From the NCBI GenBank assembly GCA_965213685.1, contig CBDBZY010000051.1, positions 352,001 through 416,000 of the forward strand: a stretch of 64,000 nucleotides of DNA, read 5' to 3'. Position 1 is the first letter of the stretch; each line of letters begins with the position of its first letter. A model generated the notes under the pieces. That model saw only the letters and a program-made list of their open reading frames with translations. It was not told where the DNA came from and did not search any database. The translations under genes were made by a program, and so were the position numbers. Shown one piece after another: positions 41,293-64,000 of this stretch. The DNA is from a bacterium. GTDB taxonomy: Bacteria > UBA8248.

Positions 41293-42629
41293 CTTCAGTT
41301 AGCAACAATCTCTACTTCATAATCTCGTATCATTGATCATCATCATTATTCCATCTGTCTTCATCTACTCCTGATTGTCATCACTGATCACTTTGCATAT
41401 TCCCTAAAGTTGAGAGAGATATACCTAGCATGGTTACAACACTCACAGCTTGCGCTCACTATACTGCAGCCTGTAAGACTAGTGGTATCACACTCCCAGA
41501 TGCTTCCACAGTCTATTTGACTTCACCTTGAAGTGGAGAAACTTTATAAATTTCAAAGGTGAAGTACTATGGTAAGTTATAAACCTCTCACCCAAGAGTT
41601 AGGTTTAACCACAAAGAACAGTGATATAATTGTAACAGCATGTGAAGAGCCTGCACTCCACATGTGCATGCCTGACTCAGAAAATACCATAGGCTATATA
41701 CTCAGATTTGATTAGTGCTGCATCTGGCTGCAAGGTGATTCTTAGGTGAAACTTAAGAATAGTGACGTAATGGCATGTGCAGAACTCGCAGTCCACACGT
41801 GCATGGCCATAGGCCACAAATATTTGATTTTATAACCCACCAGTTGTTACATCTGGCCGCAAGATGAAACCAAGTGCGTGCGTGACCATTTAGGTAGCGC
41901 TGGGTAATTCCCGAGACATGAAGTAATTACAGATCAGTTTTTACTCGCTAGCGCTGGAGAAGGGAAGCTACAAGCTCAAACTTGGTGCACAGAGAGCGCT
42001 ACTTGTCCTTTACCCTCAGCCCAACTCTTGAAGATAGGGCTGCTTTAGTGCTGGGGCTGTACCGCTTTGAGTCTCAATTCAGTCCGACGTAAATTTTGAA
42101 GCGCGAACAAGTAAACAAGTCCTGAGAAAAGAGCTCTAGGGCCGAACGTTTGCTGGCAAAAAGCAACTTTGGTACTTTGTGTGAGCAGGAAGCAAAATAA
42201 ATTTTAGAAATCACCCTGCCTCCCCACAACAGTGACGTAGCTAAATATTTGTCAATACAGTCAGAGTAGCTATAGCTTTGAAAGTTGTGACGCAGCTTGA
42301 GGGGAAATTGGGCTTTCTTCTAGATTTAGTAGTAAGTCCGTAGCTGCTTCCAAAGTAAGAAAACGTCCGGACTGAATTATCCCGCTCTCCCCCATGCCAG
42401 CACGCACCGGGCGGTAGCTAGCTGCGGCTGCACAGCTGATGTGTTGCTTTTAAAAGTACCATCACTGCCGTACCCCTCGGGGATAGGCTCAGAGATCATT
42501 ACATATCATGCTAAGGCCAGGGAGCGCGTGAAGCGCTTCTCTGTGCCCTAGCTCAGATAAGATCAAGTACAGAAATATTTGAAACACTGCGTTTATTTAG
42601 AACTGAAGAATGACGAAACTCAAAAGTTC

Positions 42630-43783
42630 TCATGAGGTCTTAAAGATCTTTTGCTTGGTACCGGTGTCAAACACGGGAGCACGTGCCACTCTGATCATCA
42701 CCAGTACAGGAATAATCGCATATGCTCCATAGGCTACAGTTATCACTGCAACATTTTCTGTCCTGTAGGGACCCTCCAGTTGCTCTCTGGCAATGGCTGT
42801 CATGCTCAGGAGTAGTCCCCAGGCCCACATCAAGGCTGTGGGAATGAGACTCCACTTCATGTTGGAACGTGTGCAGCACTGATAATAGTTAATTAACCTG
42901 GAATCCTGATCCACTCTTTCTTGAAAAGGAAAGCATAGATGGCAGCAAAGTAGAATGGAACATACAGGAATGGGCTGACCAGTGCCAGTGTCTCAAACCT
43001 GTACATGTATGAGGTGTAGAGAACTCATACCAAGGCTCATTTTGAAACTGAAACTACATGTACATGTATGCAACCATATATTTCAGTCTGTACAAGTTAT
43101 GCAATGGGTTATTGTCAGAGCTTTCATTTCAAAATAATGGCATATCAGGTCTGATATTTTTGTCACCACCGCCACCACTGCAGGTAGGAACAATACCTTA
43201 AGGAGTAATGCAGAACGCTGAGATATGCGCAAGCCAGAGGAAGGTTGACACGGTTAACCTTTACGCAATTAGGGGATGGTACATGCTCTCCATTATAACA
43301 TACAACTTTTACCGATATCTTGTAACTGTGGTCTCCTCACCTGCATGCATGGGTGAGGGCTGAAGGTGCACATCAGTGAGAACTAATGCCCACAACATTT
43401 CGTGCATTTGTCCTACAGCAGCAGACAGAACACAGCACGTTGCTATGGGATACAGTGTTCTACTTGTCTTACCACACAGGATTGTGCCCTAGCAGCTTGT
43501 CGTAGTCCCGGCACCACCACACGTAGGAATCCACAACCACACGTGGTGGCCAAGCCCCGTACTCCAGCTGCTCTGCTTCCAGGACAGCTCCATAGGTGGA
43601 CTGGACAAAGTCTGAGGTTGGAATAATCAATAGCTATCGTCCTTAGTACGGAAACGCGCAGTGGTGCACGGTTTTGGCGCTACAATGTGTTCACCGCTCA
43701 CCAATCGTCACTGCAAAAAAAGTGAAGGAGGCAAACACTGCGACGAAGAAGAGATCCACTGACCTCCGCAAACTGGTCGCCAT
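42630..43783 (-). CDS. EXPERA-domain (TMEM97/EBP-like) four-TM membrane protein
   Basis: MATSLRRSVDLFFVAVF...TID|FVQ...WPP...WWCRDYDKLLGHNPVW|F...FLYVPFYFAAIYAFL...WIRIP|ALMWAWG...AYGAYAIIPVLVMIR. Confidence 0.78.
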
Positions 43784-43961
43784 GGCTGATGAGGGGGAGG
43801 GTCTCGTCCGACTGTCGTGTCACCCGCGTGATCGCGCGATTTTTTCGCGCGCGATGATTCGCACACCGCGCATTGTCGCGCATCGCGCGCGGATCTGGAG
43901 CTCCGGAGCGCTCGAGCGCAGATGCAGAGTTGACATAACGCACGTGCATACTATTGCGCGC

Positions 43962-48188
<4,227 letters not shown>

Positions 48189-48363
48189 CATTAATTTTAA
48201 TTATAAACATGATGTTGTGATACTCCACATGATACCATAGCAGTATATACTGCTATTGGCCATGCATCACCACAAGTGGCACAATATTTACATGAAATTC
48301 TAAAATTAATGTATCAATGGGTAAAGCAAATTTGGAAGATGACAATAATTGATTGTCAATATT

Positions 48364-51980
<3,617 letters not shown>

Positions 51981-52154
51981 GTGGTTCTCGGCGTTGCGTT
52001 GCAAAATTCCACATTTTGTGTACATTCTTATAATTAGGGCAGGCAGTGTACAAGACCATGGTATTGTAGGTAAATGCAGTACATGTATATAGACACGGAT
52101 GGACACACACACAGTATATGACATATTAAACATTGAGGCATTCCAGCTGTTCGG

Positions 52155-55643
<3,489 letters not shown>

Positions 55644-55926
55644 GACTGCAGGAAGAGGCGTACCTGAAACACTGAGCGTGTAAAAAGGAGGCTGTGGATG
55701 TGCCACAGACGTACATGTACGTGTATCACTACGTTGAATGCTGTGCTCTGCTTTAACAGCTCACCCGTAGCTTCTCTCTCTGGTACTGTTTGAATGCCGT
55801 CGCTAAGCGGCGCGCGCATGAAAACAAGGTAGCATTTATTAGAATGGTGGTGGATATTGGTCGAGGTAGCATTAATTAGAAGTTTGCCGCACTTCTCCGT
55901 CCACGAAAAATCCGTCGCAGCCTGCA

Positions 55927-57659
55927 ATGGCCTCTAAAAACAACTTCTGCACAACGCTAAAGACGTACGGCCCGAAGCCGAAGTCGTTTCGCCTGGGAGA
56001 AGACGGGGAAGAGTACCTGCTCGGCTCTGAGGTGGGCAACTACCTGCGACTGTTTCGCGGTGATCTCTACAAGAAGTACCCCGGGCTATGGAAGAGAAAG
56101 ATGAGCGCCGACGAGCGGAGGATGGCCAGTGAGCAGATCGGCTACGGGCACAGCAACATCTCCTCCAACGTGCAGATAGTGCGGGCCTCCGAAGTGGAAG
56201 AGATTCTGAACGGGAACGACGATAAGTACCGCTCGTCCATCAGCTTTGAGCCTGTGGGGCACTCCAGCGCGGAGCGGAACCCCTCCCTCCAGTCCACTGG
56301 CTCCCTAAACTCGGTGGCTGGGGGAGCAAGCACCAGAAAAAAAGGGTCGTGGGTCTCGCAGATTCCCAGCAGTTCGTTCCACTTGGATGCTGTTCCATGC
56401 GCCTCTCCCGTTGGACGATTTAAGAACGGGGCTGCCGGAAAGAAAGTAAAGAGTTTCCCCACATGGTGAGGATTGCTCAGTCTCCCAACTGCTTCCCTCT
56501 CTCATCCACCAATTTCCTTCATTTCTCACCCTGCACCCCAAAATCCCTCCCTCCCCTCTCTCTCCCGACAGCTACGATGACAAGAACCCAGCCCTATTGC
56601 ACGATGCCTCCATTCTACCAGAGGTGCTGGTGCCAATTCGTCTTGACATTGACATCGACGGGCAGAAACTTCGAGACACCTTCACTTGGAATAAGAACGG
56701 TGGGCAGAGTGAGATAGGGTCACTGTGCACGCATGTGCTGCTGGACTCCAGAATGGCATAATTGGTGACAGGGTGCTATTTATAGAATTGTAGTTTGGTT
56801 CATAACTACCTGTTAATCTCAAGTTAGAACGAAGTGGTCCTCTTCTTGCTCAGAGGTGATGCTGACTCCCGAGCAGTATGCCGAGATCTTGTGCGATGAT
56901 CTGGAGCTCCCCACAACCTCCTTCGCTGGACCAATTGCACAGTCCATTCGGCAGCAGTGTGACCAGTTCTCCACTGACATGATCCCTGAAGACGAGGAGG
57001 ACAGGAGAGTTATAATTAAGGTAGGAGAGGGAGGGAAAGAGAGAGAGGATTCACAAGAACTATGTATCTTCTTGTAATTATTGTTTTTCTTTCTCAGCTT
57101 AACATTCATGTTGGTAATATTTCTCTGGTGGATCAGTTTGAGTGGGATATTTCAAATCCTCGAAACAGTCCTGAAGATTTTGCTCGGATTCTCTGTGCAG
57201 ATCTTGGCCTGGGAGGAGAGTTTGTTACCACCATCGCATACTCCATTCGAGGACAGCTGTCTTGGCATGCCAGGACCTATGCCTTCAGGTGTGTACATGT
57301 GAAAGCAGGTGTTACAGGCTGTTGTCTTGTTCCCTTCATGTCTCTCCTCCTCCTCCTCCTCCTCCTCCTCCTCCTCCCTCAGTGAGGCTCCTCTTCCACC
57401 TGTCAAGTTCCCTGTGAGGCAGCTGGCTGATGCAGAGGCCTGGGGGCCCTCCATCCAGGTCCTCACTGATGCAGAGATGGAAAAGAAAATGAGGGACCAA
57501 GACAGAAACACAAGGCAGGTTTTCTCTCTCAATCTCCCTGTTCCCTTCCTTCTTTCCTCCCGCCTTCCATCCCTCCCTCCATCTTTCTGGAAGTGAATTG
57601 ACTTTCTTTCTCCCTGCAGGCGAATGCGAAGATTGGCCCAGGCTGCACCTGGGTGGTGA
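55927..57659 (+). CDS. SMARCB1: SWI/SNF core subunit SNF5/INI1
   Basis: [83 protein letters not shown]. Confidence 0.97.
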
Positions 57660-57770
57660 CTCAGTGTTGCATTAGTTGACTCTCTGTATTCATCTCTGTC
57701 ATCTGTGATCATTCATTATTCTCGCTGTCAGTGGCCAATGAAGGAGTTAAAGTAATACCGTAGAGAAGCG

Positions 57771-59631
57771 ATGTCAGAAGAGGTGCGGAGGAGGCGCGCG
57801 ACTGGGGGCGAGCCCGAGGCTAGAAGGGAGGGGAGGGAGGAGGGTGGTGTGAGAAATGTGGAAAAACGACGGAAATCTCGCAGGTAAATTCTGAGCGTGC
57901 AAGAGGAGGCGTTTCTTTTGCTGGTTCGAGGCTGTGCGAGCAAGGCCTCGGGTTTAACCATGTTGTGGCCGTTACTAAATCGTGTGTGTGTCTAATTGTG
58001 TCCTAGGCGGGCGTGGTGGGCGGGGGTTCTGCTCCTCCTGGTGGCTGCTGTGGTATGGGCCCTCCCACAACCAATAGACCCTGTCTCCTTCAGGTATTCA
58101 TGCACGCGTTCCACAGCACCCACGAATTGTGGAGAGACGCTGTTTGTACAGCAAATATTTCCCCCGACGCAGGCTGTGTAATGACAGCATGCGCGCCCTG
58201 GAAGGACCTCTAGCCATCAACACACACCTGAAACAAGCCCAGTATCTCTTCCCTGGTGACCTGCGTGGGCCAGAGGCATTTGTGAGGGATGAGCGAGGCA
58301 AGGAACTGGGGGAGAGAGAGTGGAATTCACTTGGTCATGTGTGGTTTCTGCTTCCCTGGTCTTGTAGGGTTTATCTACACAGGGCTGGGGGATGGGAGGG
58401 TGGTGAGGCTGGACTCTGACCTCCAGCATTACACTACAGTCATGAGGGTTGGCAAGCCGCCCTACGACCAGTGTGGTGAGTGATGGACAGTGATGGACGT
58501 GCAGTGATGACAAGCTTATGTGCATCCCACTGCCTCCTCCTTTTCCCATTTCTCCTCCCCTTCCCCTCCCCTGTGGCTCCTCACCACTGAAAGGCTCAGT
58601 GGAAGCCGAGAGTCACTGTGGGCGTGTACTTGGCCTACACTTTCACCATAGCAACCCAGATATTTTGTACGCTGCTGACTGCGCCTTTGGACTTCTGCAG
58701 CTGAATATCAACTCGGGAGAAGTAGAAGTACTAGTACCTCAGGGGCAGAGGGACGGGGAGAACCCTTTCATTAACTTTGGTAACGACTTGGTAGTACTCT
58801 CAAATGGGAGTATATTCTTCACAGATTCCAGTCGTAAGTTCTCAAGACTCGATAATGTCTTGGATGTTTTTGAGGGGAGACCAAACGGACAACTCCTCCA
58901 CTACAACCCTGTGGAGAAGAGATGCTACATTGTTGTGGCAGAGATGCACTTCCCCAATGGAATCTCCCTGAGTCAAGATGGAAAAGCCCTCCTCATCTCT
59001 GAAACTACGAGGGCTAGGATACAGAGGTACTGCCATGTCCGAATCTTATCCTCAAACATCCTTATCCCCTCCCCTCCCACAGATACCACCTCACTGGTCC
59101 TCTGGCTGGGTCAGTTGACACATTCATTGACAACCTCCCTGGATTGCCAGACAACATATCTCCCAGTTTCCATGGCAACTACTGGGTGGCCTTTGCTGCC
59201 ACCCGTAAGCTGCCCATCGTTGATATCATGAGTCAGATGCCACTGCTGAGGGGACTCCTTGTTAAGGTGAGCTGCACAAAAACATGATTGTGCATTTACC
59301 CATACCCATACCCGACTGCAACGACTGCAATGAGCCTCTTCCATTCTGAAAGTGGATAAAATATGACCTAACTATCATCAGATTCTAATCCCTGTCATCT
59401 CGCACCTTCACCTCTTCCTGCCCCTCCCAGCTTCACCTGGCCCGTACTATCGCACACACAGTTCCCAAACATGGTCTCATCATTGAGGTGGACCCCAGTG
59501 GCCAGATTATCCGCAGTCTCCATGACGATGGAGGAGAGGTAGTGCAGAGCGTCAGTCATGTGTTGGACCTTGGAGACAGACTGCTGCTCGGCTCCTATGA
59601 GGCACCCTACGCAGCCGTGGTCCACATCTAG
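57771..59631 (+). CDS. APMAP: Strictosidine synthase-like type II membrane protein (APMAP/hemomucin family)
   Basis: MSEEVRRRR, TM segment, GPEAF, IYTGLGDGRVV, CGRVLGL, IFFTDSS, FPNGISLS, FIDNLPGLPDNI. Confidence 0.87.
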
Positions 59632-59847
59632 AGCCAGTTATAACTGGTACAGATACATGCAGACATGGATGCATGCACACATGGATGTATGGCATTGTGC
59701 ATAGATCAACATTATTCCCCACTCAGAATTTAGAACAGTGCTTTATATTATCAGGTCAGAGTTCATTTCTGCAAGAAATCCTAATATTGAAACAATACAA
59801 TGTGCTTGATTTGTTGCTATGGCATTGTCATGGCAATACTGCATGTG

Positions 59848-64000
<4,153 letters not shown>

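Noticed and set aside
41760-42560. Possible gene or transposon in the FKBP6-EXPERA gap, with a short inverted match near 42076 and 42364
   Set aside because: No ORF, no clear TIR or TSD; cannot be supported.

Overview
Eukaryotic (animal) genomic DNA, not prokaryotic. It is very gene-dense, with short microsatellite-filled introns; the style suggests a demosponge or similar early-branching metazoan (inference only). By manual splicing I can support about 20 intron-containing protein-coding genes: C11orf54-like (partial), ABHD11, three paralogous stand-alone PH-domain genes, a myristoylated TIR/EF-hand-like/HEAT gene, ASPDH, CCDC65/DRC2, TBCCD1, a stand-alone NHR gene, RANBP1, FKBP6 with a secreted two-HKD phospholipase D gene nested antisense in one intron, an EXPERA-domain gene, GCKR-like, a MATH-RING-B-box-coiled-coil gene, TCHP, SMARCB1, APMAP-like and TBCE (partial). 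There is also one tRNA-Val(AAC), two copies of a tRNA-derived repeat and several MITEs. The most notable signals are an inverted pair of minimal Penelope-type hammerhead ribozyme motifs in an ASPDH intron, three U12-type introns (one with AT-AG ends), three GC-AG introns, and several unusual domain architectures. Most ORFs in the supplied track are artefacts of simple repeats or exon read-through. Gene identities rest on remembered family motifs, not database searches, and exon boundaries were read by eye.
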